A stretch of DNA of 64,000 bases, taken from the IMG/VR virus record IMGVR_UViG_3300032770_000003, positions 1 to 64,000 of that record; one strand, 5' to 3'. This DNA comes from a virus. Positions 25,690-32,252 of this stretch are shown here, one piece after another. Numbering within the stretch: the stretch's first letter is position 1; every line of letters begins with the position of its first letter. The position numbers were made by a program, and so were the translations under genes. The notes below the pieces were generated by a model. That model was not told where the DNA came from, did not search any database, and saw only the letters and a list, made by a program, of their open reading frames with translations.

Positions 25690-25760
25690 TGGCGGTGGAG
25701 GAATCTGCCCCCTCTCCAAGTCCTTATGAGAGACCCGTCTCCTCTGGTGGAGTCACCGCC
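25690..25760 (-). tRNA. tRNA-Met/Ile2(CAT), degenerate D and T loops
   Basis: loop CUCAUAA; GGCGGUG/CACCGCC. Confidence 0.7.
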
Positions 25761-25766
25761 AATCGG

Positions 25767-25840
25767 TACCGCCGACAGGAATCGAACCTGCTCTATTCCG
25801 GTTTCGTAGACCGGCGCCCATCCAATTAGACTACGGCGGT
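25767..25840 (-). tRNA. tRNA-Arg(ACG)
   Basis: loop CUACGAA. Confidence 0.9.
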
Positions 25841-25845
25841 GTGTG

Positions 25846-25918
25846 CGACCCAGCCGGGGGATGATCCCGGATCCTCAGTGTGAAAGACTGAGATGCTTGC
25901 CGTTTACACCACTGGGTC
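25846..25918 (-). tRNA. tRNA-Glu(TTC)
   Basis: loop CUUUCAC; T loop AUCAUCC. Confidence 0.82.
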
Positions 25919-26324
25919 ATTTACGCGATTCACGGCTAATAATCCGCTGAATTTGCTGCCAACAAACTACTGGAAACAGCTTAGCTATAGCTCGAAGTGA
26001 CATAGATGTTGTTGCTCTCAATCGGCGGATCTCAGCTACTTGAGCCACAGTCAGCTTGAACGGACCATCCAAACATTCCTCAGATTTATTCAGATGACAA
26101 GCGTGACAAAGAACTTGACACTTTACTATCTCGGCAGCGCGCTTTGACGCTTTCCAAGACCAAATGTTGTGATCTACTTTCTGTGTGGCGTCGATATGGT
26201 CAAGTTCCAAATCTTCTGTTGCACCACATCTAATGCAACACTTCCCAAAGAAAAATTGTTGTCTCCGCGCAATCATCCACTTACGTTGATACTCCCGCTG
26301 CGTCCGTACGTCCTTATATGGCAT
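25917..26324 (-). CDS. HNH endonuclease with C-terminal HTH, between two tRNA-Glu genes
   Basis: CIRCG..EDLELDHID...KCQVLCHACH. Confidence 0.85.
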   Translation of the reverse strand: MPYKDVRTQREYQRKWMIARRQQFFFGKCCIRCGATEDLELDHIDATQKVDHNIWSWKASKRAAEIVKCQVLCHACHLNKSEECLDGPFKLTVAQVAEIRRLRATTSMSLRAIAKLFPVVCWQQIQRIISRESRK

Positions 26325-26325
26325 G

Positions 26326-26397
26326 TGACCCCATCGGGTATCGATCCCGATCCTCCAGCGTGAGAGGCTGGTGACCTAGCCAGTAGTCTATGGGGCC
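26326..26397 (-). tRNA. tRNA-Glu(CTC)
   Basis: loop CUCUCAC. Confidence 0.88.
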
Positions 26398-26443
26398 AAC
26401 CGGGTTAATAGCCCGGTTATGTGCCCCCAGTGGGGCGATCGAA

Positions 26444-26884
26444 TCAACGACCGAATCGCTTCCGCTGCTTGAAGCGAAGAATTCCTTGAGCGTCCACAAA
26501 CGCTCCCGATACCGGAAGACAAAAGAGTCGATAGGGGCTGTTGTACTGAGTGACGATGTCTCGTTCCACGTGCCGCAGGAAGTGCCACCCCTTGAGCGTC
26601 CGCCGATCGTAGCGACGGCAAAGCTCACTGTAGACATCATTCCAGGGGCGTCCCGCGCGGGACGCCATGAAGCGTTCGGTCTGACTGAAGCGATCACCCA
26701 TCGTGGTCCAGTACTCAGGATCCCTGATGGGATCCGGACCAGCATCGGTGGCGTCTTCCTCCGAACGGATCCGTTTCAGATAGACTCTGATGGCCTGCCT
26801 TTCCGCACGCTGATTCCAGTAGTCCATCGCGCGACCAGCTCTGCCGCCTTCGACGACAGAACGAGCCAGGTTTCGTGTTGCCAT
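26444..26884 (-). CDS. hypothetical basic protein
   Basis: GGGAGG RBS; NLARSVVEGGR...GRPWNDVYSELC...FVDAQGILR. Confidence 0.7.
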   Translation of the reverse strand: MATRNLARSVVEGGRAGRAMDYWNQRAERQAIRVYLKRIRSEEDATDAGPDPIRDPEYWTTMGDRFSQTERFMASRAGRPWNDVYSELCRRYDRRTLKGWHFLRHVERDIVTQYNSPYRLFCLPVSGAFVDAQGILRFKQRKRFGR

Positions 26885-26935
26885 TGATGACCTCCCTTAA
26901 TGGGCTGTGATCATCGGGCACCTCCTTTCCTTTCG

Positions 26936-27003
26936 CGTCCCCTGGGTGAGTTGAACACCCTAACCCGCCTTCGGAGGGCAGGTACCAATCCGTTGGAGAG
27001 GAC
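26936..27003 (-). tRNA. tRNA-Arg(CCG), reduced D arm
   Basis: GUCCUCU/AGGGGAC; loop CUCCGAA; T loop UUCAACU. Confidence 0.65.
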
Positions 27004-27016
27004 AATAGTCAGAGAG

Positions 27017-27091
27017 CGCGCTCGGGGGGAGTCGAACCCCCACACGGCGACTTAGAAGGTCGCTGCTTTTCCAACCTTAAGCTACGAGCGC
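27017..27091 (-). tRNA. tRNA-Arg(TCT)
   Basis: loop CUUCUAA. Confidence 0.9.
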
Positions 27092-27513
27092 ATGAAAATT
27101 CGGTGAGGACCTAGGTAGTCTGTTGCCCATCGCATGTTCTTCTTTTGCTTAGATGCAACAACCCTTAAGTTGAGGTGTACGGCGCCACGCCAGTCTCTTT
27201 GGCGCAAATAGTAACAAAGCCCGTTGTCAGGACAGTAAACAGCAAAAGCATCATAATCCCCTTCTTTGTGAGTACGTATGTGCGTGCCGTGTCTGTCAGC
27301 CCACGAGCTTCTACGTGTCAATCTCAATGATCCTCCACGCAACGCCCTATACTTCACGGAAACTCTGGCCAATCTTCCATCTTCCGCGACCGCAATGAGG
27401 TCAAAAGGAAGATGCTCACTCAAGGGGAGCGCCACATGAAAGTTATTGCGCATAAGGTCAGCAATTACGTGCCCCAGCCCTTGGTCCCCTTTGTCCTTGG
27501 TGTGGTGTCGCAC
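27082..27513 (-). CDS. PD-(D/E)XK endonuclease (group I intron-associated type); stop inside tRNA-Arg
   Basis: TKDKGD.G...V..PLSEHLPFDLI...RVSVK...YD.FAVYCP. Confidence 0.85.
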   Translation of the reverse strand: MRHHTKDKGDQGLGHVIADLMRNNFHVALPLSEHLPFDLIAVAEDGRLARVSVKYRALRGGSLRLTRRSSWADRHGTHIRTHKEGDYDAFAVYCPDNGLCYYLRQRDWRGAVHLNLRVVASKQKKNMRWATDYLGPHRIFMRS

Positions 27514-27529
27514 AAAACCAGAATACCAG

Positions 27530-27602
27530 CTCCAGGAGCAGGAATCGAACCTGCCTCATCTCGCTTAACAGGCGAGCGCTTAAACCGATCAGCCATCCTG
27601 GA
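27530..27602 (-). tRNA. tRNA-Asn(GTT)
   Basis: loop CUGUUAA. Confidence 0.9.
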
Positions 27603-27605
27603 ATA

Positions 27606-27745
27606 GAGCGAACGAAATTATTAGCACTGAGAAGTTTTGAGACGGGATTCGAATCCGCGACCTCCGGCTTTTCGGGCCGGCGCTCTACCACTGAGCTACA
27701 TCCCCGTAATGTGGGGATGGACAACCCAACACAAGCGGCTCGCTC
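27606..27745 (-). ncRNA. Y RNA-like element Y1 carrying a permuted tRNA-Phe-like cloverleaf
   Basis: GAGCGAGCCGC...UUUCGUUCGCUC bulged-C helix; internal CAUCCCC/GGGGAUG, D arm, CCGAAAA loop, T arm. Confidence 0.75.
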
Positions 27746-27747
27746 AG

Positions 27748-27820
27748 AGCCTGTCCCCTGAATCGAACAGGGTATCTCCGCATTACAAGTGCGGCGCTTC
27801 GCCAGCAAAGCTTGACAGGC
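27748..27820 (-). tRNA. tRNA-Thr(TGT)
   Basis: loop CUUGUAA. Confidence 0.88.
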
Positions 27821-27842
27821 AGGTGCTCCACCCTCCCCGCAG

Positions 27843-27914
27843 AGCTGCTGCCGAGAATCGAACTCGGTTTTCCGTTTTACGAAAACGGCGCGTCACCATT
27901 TACGCTTCAGCAGC
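27843..27914 (-). tRNA. tRNA-Thr(CGT)
   Basis: loop UUCGUAA. Confidence 0.88.
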
Positions 27915-28018
27915 ACGAACGAACGCGGTCACATCTCAACTGGAACGTTCAGCACTCGGCGTTCTACCAAACACCGACTGAACGGAGGAACCAGCAGCGA
28001 GGTGACCTCCTGGTACTG

Positions 28019-28091
28019 AGCTGGTGGAGCGAATCGAACGCTCTCCCTCCCCGATACCAACGGGGTGCTCACCCAAATGAGCTTCACCAGC
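28019..28091 (-). tRNA. tRNA-Thr(GGT)
   Basis: loop UUGGUAU. Confidence 0.88.
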
Positions 28092-28097
28092 GATCGG

Positions 28098-28169
28098 AGC
28101 ACTGTGCGGAACTCGAATCCGCGTGGAACAGCTTGGAAGGCTGCCGCCTAACCTCTCGGCCAACAGTGC
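28098..28169 (-). tRNA. tRNA-Gly(TCC)
   Basis: loop CUUCCAA. Confidence 0.9.
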
Positions 28170-28176
28170 AGTTCTG

Positions 28177-28248
28177 AGCATCCAGCGGGAGTTGAACCCG
28201 CTATTCCAGCTTGGCAAGCTGGCGTGTAGCCACAAACACTTTGGATGC
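28177..28248 (-). tRNA. tRNA-Gly(GCC)
   Basis: loop UUGCCAA. Confidence 0.88.
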
Positions 28249-28251
28249 AAG

Positions 28252-28333
28252 GGGTGGACAAAGAATTGAGGACGGAAACGGGGTTTTCGCCCCGAGTCTC
28301 CAATGACGATAACCGTCCTCTGGCGGCCCACCC
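28252..28333 (-). ncRNA. Y RNA-like element Y2
   Basis: GGGUGGGCCGC...UUUGUCCACCC; upper stem GAGGACGG/CCGUCCUC; GUUAUC. Confidence 0.8.
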
Positions 28334-28337
28334 ACAG

Positions 28338-28408
28338 AGGTCTTGGTCAGAGTTGAACTGACGATGGCGCTTTTGCAGAGCGCTGCCTTGCCACTTGGCT
28401 ACAAGACC
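28338..28408 (-). tRNA. tRNA-Cys(GCA)
   Basis: loop CUGCAAA. Confidence 0.9.
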
Positions 28409-28413
28409 GAAAG

Positions 28414-28503
28414 AGGAGATGAAGCGAGTTGAACGCTCGGAGCCTTTGCAGGACTCGGTAGTTTAGCAAACTACTGTGGAAAACCGTCATCCACGTCATC
28501 TCC
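28414..28503 (-). tRNA. tRNA-Ser(GCT)
   Basis: loop UUGCUAA; long variable arm. Confidence 0.82.
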
Positions 28504-28508
28504 AAGAG

Positions 28509-28597
28509 AGGAAGGCGGAGGTCACGATCCCCATGCCGGTCACCCGGACACGCACTGTTTTCGAAACAGGCTCAGCACCAGTGCCGATTCGCCTTCC
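28509..28597 (-). tRNA. tRNA-Ser(CGA)
   Basis: loop UUCGAAA; long variable arm; atypical T loop. Confidence 0.78.
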
Positions 28598-28599
28598 AA

Positions 28600-28770
28600 G
28601 AAAGGTTCGACGGGTTCTTCCCCCGCTGATGACGGCCCAGCTCCCCGGCATTTCAAAAGTCACCATTGACCGGATCGTCGCGGCCTGCGCGTCAGTAGGC
28701 ACACGATGGGTGCCCCCATCATGACTACTATCCTGCACACTGTATGTGTACACCGTGCTGCGAACCTTTC
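28600..28770 (-). ncRNA. unassigned multi-hairpin RNA
   Basis: 10-bp closing stem GAAAGGUUCG/CGAACCUUUC filling the inter-tRNA spacer. Confidence 0.5.
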
Positions 28771-28771
28771 G

Positions 28772-28859
28772 AGGAGACGGCGTGAGTCGAACACGCGTGA
28801 CGCTTTCGCGATCAGCCACAGCTTTCCAAGCTGGCACATTTCCGCTCTGTCACGTCTCC
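28772..28859 (-). tRNA. tRNA-Ser(GGA)
   Basis: loop UUGGAAA; long variable arm. Confidence 0.88.
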
Positions 28860-28862
28860 AAA

Positions 28863-28950
28863 GCGGCCCGGGATTCCGTCGGGTCTGCGGTGCACCACTA
28901 CCCGATAACGTACCCGGTTGGCTTGCGGGTTAACAACCCGGGCCTGCCGC
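28863..28950 (-). ncRNA. possible permuted Y-like element Y3 (divergent)
   Basis: GCCCGG-GUUGUU-loop-AGCCAA-CCGGGU then GUUAUC; closed by GCGGC/GCCGC. Confidence 0.45.
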
Positions 28951-28974
28951 ATATTCAGTTGTCGTACGCTCAGG

Positions 28975-29298
28975 CTAGCAGGAGAAGCAGATACCGCCAC
29001 CACGCTTGTGGGGCATGTTCCGCGTCCCCTCCTTTCCGTTGCGCATCTTTCCGCCGAATCGGATCTTCTTGGTCAGAACCCGGATGGGCCCTCCGTCCGG
29101 TGGGCGGAAGGCTCTGGCATCGACCTGCGTGTACCCCTGCGCGAGCAAGCTGTGCTTCATGCAGTTGAACGCTTCGGTAGTCGATGAATGGGCCTTGATC
29201 TTGTCCTTGTCGAGGCTGTGATTCAGCGGGGTCAAAGTTCCTGTACAGTATTCCTCGGCAGTACCACACAGATACAGATACGGACGTCGGGCTGGCAC
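28975..29298 (-). CDS. hypothetical basic protein
   Basis: AAGGAG RBS, GTG start. Confidence 0.6.
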   Translation of the reverse strand: MPARRPYLYLCGTAEEYCTGTLTPLNHSLDKDKIKAHSSTTEAFNCMKHSLLAQGYTQVDARAFRPPDGGPIRVLTKKIRFGGKMRNGKEGTRNMPHKRGGGICFSC

Positions 29299-29562
29299 AG
29301 TGGGCTCCTTGGTTCGAGAGAGATTCGGTGAATCGACTCGAACGAGAAGCCCATCAGCGTGACGTCAGCCCCGCGAGTTACATGACACGCACCCGCGTGG
29401 AGGTGACGTCGGCCCTACTCATTTCGTGACTCATAGGGATTCGACCTCCTTTCAATTAAGGTGAACCAAGTCTGCGCCTGACATTTGGTTCGTCTGAACT
29501 TCCACAGGGTCAGGATCATAGACTCCAGGATCGTCTTAGCGTCCATTGACTCGGTCCACCAG

Positions 29563-29648
29563 CGGAGAGAGGAGGAATCGAACCCCCTGCGTTCGTCACG
29601 ACAGCCCCCGCGTTCAAGGCGGGTTTCCGACCAATCGGGGCTCTCTCC
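29563..29648 (-). tRNA. tRNA-Ser(TGA)
   Basis: loop CUUGAAC; long variable arm. Confidence 0.82.
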
Positions 29649-29651
29649 ATA

Positions 29652-29758
29652 GGGCGAACGAATTGATCGCTGGTCCGTTCCCCGTACCGGCAAGGTACGG
29701 GTCCTTCCTCCCGTCGAGCGGGCAGTGTGCCGATAACGAACCAACAGGCGGCTCGCCC
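29652..29758 (-). ncRNA. Y RNA-like element Y4
   Basis: GGGCGAGCCGC...UUCGUUCGCCC; upper stem UGUUGGUUCG/CGGACCAGCG; GUUAUC; two effector hairpins. Confidence 0.8.
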
Positions 29759-29760
29759 AG

Positions 29761-29829
29761 CGGGCTGATAGGGAATTGAACCCTACCCTACCGTTTTGGA
29801 GACGGTTTGGCCTCCTTGGCCTTCAGCCC
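29761..29829 (-). tRNA. tRNA-Trp(CCA), compact
   Basis: GGGCUGA/UCAGCCC; loop CUCCAAA. Confidence 0.75.
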
Positions 29830-30210
29830 TCTACTACGTCGTTTCCAATCCCGACACACCTCACAGCGACAATGTTGTCTAACATACATCGAAGCCGTTC
29901 CGTGTTGACGCCTGCGCGTCCAGAACTCACGCATTTCTGTTCGTGTCTTACGCCAGTGACACGCAACACACAACAACTGGCACTTGCTAAGTTCCTCCAG
30001 AAGAACAATAAGCGGTCGTCCGATATGTTTGGTAATCGCAAACAGTTTCGTACTAGGATCGACATGATCAAAGTCGAGTCCACACGTGTCACCACACCAA
30101 ACGCACCTGTCGCCAAGAAAAGCCATCATGACTCGTATGCGGGTACGATACCGCTGACTATCGTAGAGTCGATGATAGCGTCTTTGGTACTCCTTTTCTC
30201 GCACTGCCAC
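29788..30210 (-). CDS. HNH endonuclease reading 42 nt into tRNA-Trp
   Basis: LGDRCVWCG...LDFDHVDP..K...ELSKCQLLC..CH; HGT..Y...CRC..C. Confidence 0.85.
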   Translation of the reverse strand: MAVREKEYQRRYHRLYDSQRYRTRIRVMMAFLGDRCVWCGDTCGLDFDHVDPSTKLFAITKHIGRPLIVLLEELSKCQLLCVACHWRKTRTEMREFWTRRRQHGTASMYVRQHCRCEVCRDWKRRSRGLKAKEAKPSPKR

Positions 30211-30237
30211 GGTTCACTGCAACTCGTATAACACAGA

Positions 30238-30312
30238 TGGTGGAGGCGCGGAGAGTCGAACTCCGGATTACCGGGTGCAAACCGGTCGTGTTCCCGCTAG
30301 CACTACGCCCCC
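30238..30312 (-). tRNA. tRNA-Ala(TGC)
   Basis: loop UUUGCAC; G3:U70; encoded CCA. Confidence 0.92.
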
Positions 30313-30450
30313 AGACTCAACAAATACAACGGAGAGCATACCGAGTCCACCACAGATTCGGCACTGCTTGAGTGTCATGTCGTTGTAGCCTCGCCCCTGA
30401 CAGGCTGGACAACGTCCACATGCTGTGCTCTGCTTTTTTCTTTAGGCATG

Positions 30451-30523
30451 TCGGGATGACTGGATTCGAACCAGCGTCGTCACGCTCCCAAAGCGTGTGC
30501 CTGAACCCCTAGGCTACATCCCG
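30451..30523 (-). tRNA. tRNA-Pro(TGG)
   Basis: loop UUUGGGA. Confidence 0.9.
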
Positions 30524-30877
30524 TTTGTGTCGACGAAAATACTCACGAACGAACGCGCGACAAACATCACAACGGCATCGACGTTTGTAGCGTCCCCAAG
30601 TCCCGTGCCCTGGTGTACGCTCCAGCCTGGTTTTCAGATCATGACAAACTGCACACAGTAACTGACACTTAGCGAGTTCAGCTTCTACTCTTTTCGTGGA
30701 CCAGGACCATATCCTCGAAACAGACGCTGTCTTGGTTGTCCGGTCTATGTGGTCAAACTCAAGATTTTGCACTGATCCACACCAAGCACAGCAACCACCT
30801 AGCTTAGCAATCCAAGCGGCACGTAGCGCATGATAACGACGCAAACAATAAGCACTATGTGCTGGTCCGGATATCAC
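30509..30877 (-). CDS. HNH endonuclease; stop inside tRNA-Pro
   Basis: LGGCCAWCG...LEFDHID...ELAKCQLLC..CH; HGT..Y..CRC..C. Confidence 0.85.
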   Translation of the reverse strand: MISGPAHSAYCLRRYHALRAAWIAKLGGCCAWCGSVQNLEFDHIDRTTKTASVSRIWSWSTKRVEAELAKCQLLCAVCHDLKTRLERTPGHGTWGRYKRRCRCDVCRAFVREYFRRHKRDVA

Positions 30878-30884
30878 GAGTTAG

Positions 30885-30956
30885 TTCCACGGCGTGGATT
30901 CGAACCACGACAAGCAACTTCAAAGGATGCTGTCCTACCTATTAGACCACCGTGGA
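30885..30956 (-). tRNA. tRNA-Gln(TTG)
   Basis: loop CUUUGAA. Confidence 0.88.
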
Positions 30957-30960
30957 TCGA

Positions 30961-30997
30961 TACGTCAAGCAGTCCTGACCAATTGGACGAACCCGGA
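30961..30997 (-). ncRNA. tRNA 5' half (partner of 31096-31139)
   Basis: UCCGGGU-UC-GUCC-AAUUGGUCA-GGAC-U-GCUUG. Confidence 0.55.
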
Positions 30998-31005
30998 TCG
31001 CTGGG

Positions 31006-31079
31006 GGTGAGAAACCGGAGTCGCACCGGCTAGACCGTGGGTCACAGCCACGGGGCTCCACTCTTTGCCTTTTCTCACC
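31006..31079 (-). tRNA. tRNA-His(GTG)
   Basis: loop CUGUGAC; G-1:C73. Confidence 0.82.
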
Positions 31080-31095
31080 GCAATCGCTTCTTGGC

Positions 31096-31139
31096 CTCCG
31101 GGGTGAGTGATTTGAACACTCGCGCGGATGCTCACGTCA
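31096..31139 (-). ncRNA. tRNA 3' half (partner of 30961-30997)
   Basis: UGAGC-variable-GAGUG-UUCAAAU-CACUC-ACCCCGGA-G. Confidence 0.55.
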
Positions 31140-31144
31140 TTTCG

Positions 31145-31217
31145 TGCACGCATCGGGAGTCGAACCCGCGTCTCACGCTTATCGGGCGTGTGCTCTAGCC
31201 TGCTGAGCTATGCGTGC
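31145..31217 (-). tRNA. tRNA-Ile(GAT)
   Basis: loop CCGAUAA (C33). Confidence 0.88.
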
Positions 31218-31534
31218 GCACATTCCGTGTTTTCACAGTGCTCCTCACCATGACAGTTCAAGCACAGGAGTACACATTTCCGCAATTCGGTCTCGATCTT
31301 ACTCCAGGAACAAGCCCCACCAATGCCGAATGACTTCTCACCTGGATGATGAAAAATCAACGAGCGATGGCAACGGTTGTATCCACACCGATTACAACAC
31401 CCTCCTAGTAATGCTACCGCTTTGGCCTTCGTACGACGCCGCCAGACTTTCAGCTGATCATACGTTCGGCAGTTCCTGCACCGTCCCGTCTTGTTTCTTG
31501 ACGAGAGGTCTGTACCACACCGATCACATACCAT
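31208..31534 (-). CDS. HNH-like endonuclease; stop inside tRNA-Ile
   Basis: LGGCCNRCGY..C..SL.FHH...K.F.I...ELRKCVLLC.NCH.E.H. Confidence 0.85.
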   Translation of the reverse strand: MVCDRCGTDLSSRNKTGRCRNCRTYDQLKVWRRRTKAKAVALLGGCCNRCGYNRCHRSLIFHHPGEKSFGIGGACSWSKIETELRKCVLLCLNCHGEEHCENTECAHA

Positions 31535-31606
31535 GTCAGTCAGTGCTTATCAAAGAAAGATAAGACGATCAAGGACCCATCCTGACCATTAGATGAAAGG
31601 TGCAGG

Positions 31607-31735
31607 CGCGCGACGCCGGGACTCGAACCCGGATCTCCTCTTTCCATAGAGAGATAACCCTACCCAAGCGGCTCGGTTCCCCGAACGAAGAGACGAGCAG
31701 GATGTTTAGCGCTCTACCATTGAGCTACATCGCGC
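31607..31735 (-). ncRNA. Y5: tRNA-shaped RNA with an inserted, loop-closed Ro-binding domain
   Basis: acceptor GCGCGAUG/CGUCGCGC; D arm; AUCCUGCUCG/UGGGUAGGGU; UUCGUUCGG-GGAA-CCGAGCCGC; GUUAUC; T arm. Confidence 0.78.
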
Positions 31736-31740
31736 ATGAG

Positions 31741-31809
31741 GCGACGGACAAAGGGAACGTGCTGGGTGGTTTACCTTGAAGTGGTAACCCAACACTTGCG
31801 GCCCGTCGC
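31741..31809 (-). ncRNA. Y6: minimal Y RNA-like element
   Basis: GCGACGGGCCGC...UUUGUCCGUCGC; GUGUUGGG/CCCAGCAC; GUUACC. Confidence 0.8.
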
Positions 31810-31813
31810 TTTG

Positions 31814-31888
31814 TCGGAGTGGTGTGAATCGAACACACGTCATCTCGGTCCCGAACCGAGTGCCTGAAACCCACTAGGCTACACCCCG
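31814..31888 (-). tRNA. tRNA-Pro(CGG)
   Basis: loop UUCGGGA. Confidence 0.9.
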
Positions 31889-31890
31889 AA

Positions 31891-32004
31891 GATGTGATGG
31901 AGAGCGTTTGGATTCGAACCATTAGCTCCGATAACCCTTTCCGGTCGGCTCGCAGCGAGGCGAACAAAAGATTTGGAGAGGGAGTTGCCACTCTCCACCA
32001 CGTC
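31891..32004 (-). ncRNA. Y7: circularly permuted Y RNA-like element with T loop
   Basis: outer stem GUGGUGGAGAGUG/CGCUCUCCAUCAC; UUUUGUUCGC-loop-GCGAGCCGA; GUUAUC; UGG-UUCGAAU-CCA. Confidence 0.75.
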
Positions 32005-32005
32005 G

Positions 32006-32078
32006 TGCCCTAGTCCTGAATCGAACAGGAATCTTTGCAGTTTCAGTGCAACGCCTTCACCAGATAGGCTTCCAGGGC
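32006..32078 (-). tRNA. tRNA-Phe(GAA)
   Basis: loop CUGAAAC. Confidence 0.88.
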
Positions 32079-32165
32079 ATGATTGGCGGGCTTGGCAGGC
32101 CCGCCGCAGTCGCAACTATGAAGTTGTCAGTGATCAGATTTCAGGGGGAGCTACCCCACTGTCTG

Positions 32166-32236
32166 TTGGGGCGGAAGGAATTGCACCCTCATTCACGGAG
32201 TCAGAGTCCGCTGTCCTCCTGTTGGACGACATCCCA
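32166..32236 (-). tRNA. tRNA-Gln(CTG)
   Basis: loop CUCUGAC. Confidence 0.88.
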
Positions 32237-32252
32237 TCAATTTGTTCTGTCG

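Noticed and set aside
28863-28950. Self-cleaving ribozyme (twister-sister or HDV/theta type)
   Set aside because: I could not place the required conserved nucleotides or pseudoknots; a divergent Y-like fold fits better.
30238-30312. tmRNA 3' end (tggtggaggcgcgg... pattern)
   Set aside because: It folds as a complete tRNA-Ala(TGC) with an anticodon arm; no tag ORF.
31568-31603. Orphan tRNA 5' half upstream of an HNH gene
   Set aside because: No matching 3' half found; probably a remnant of endonuclease insertion.
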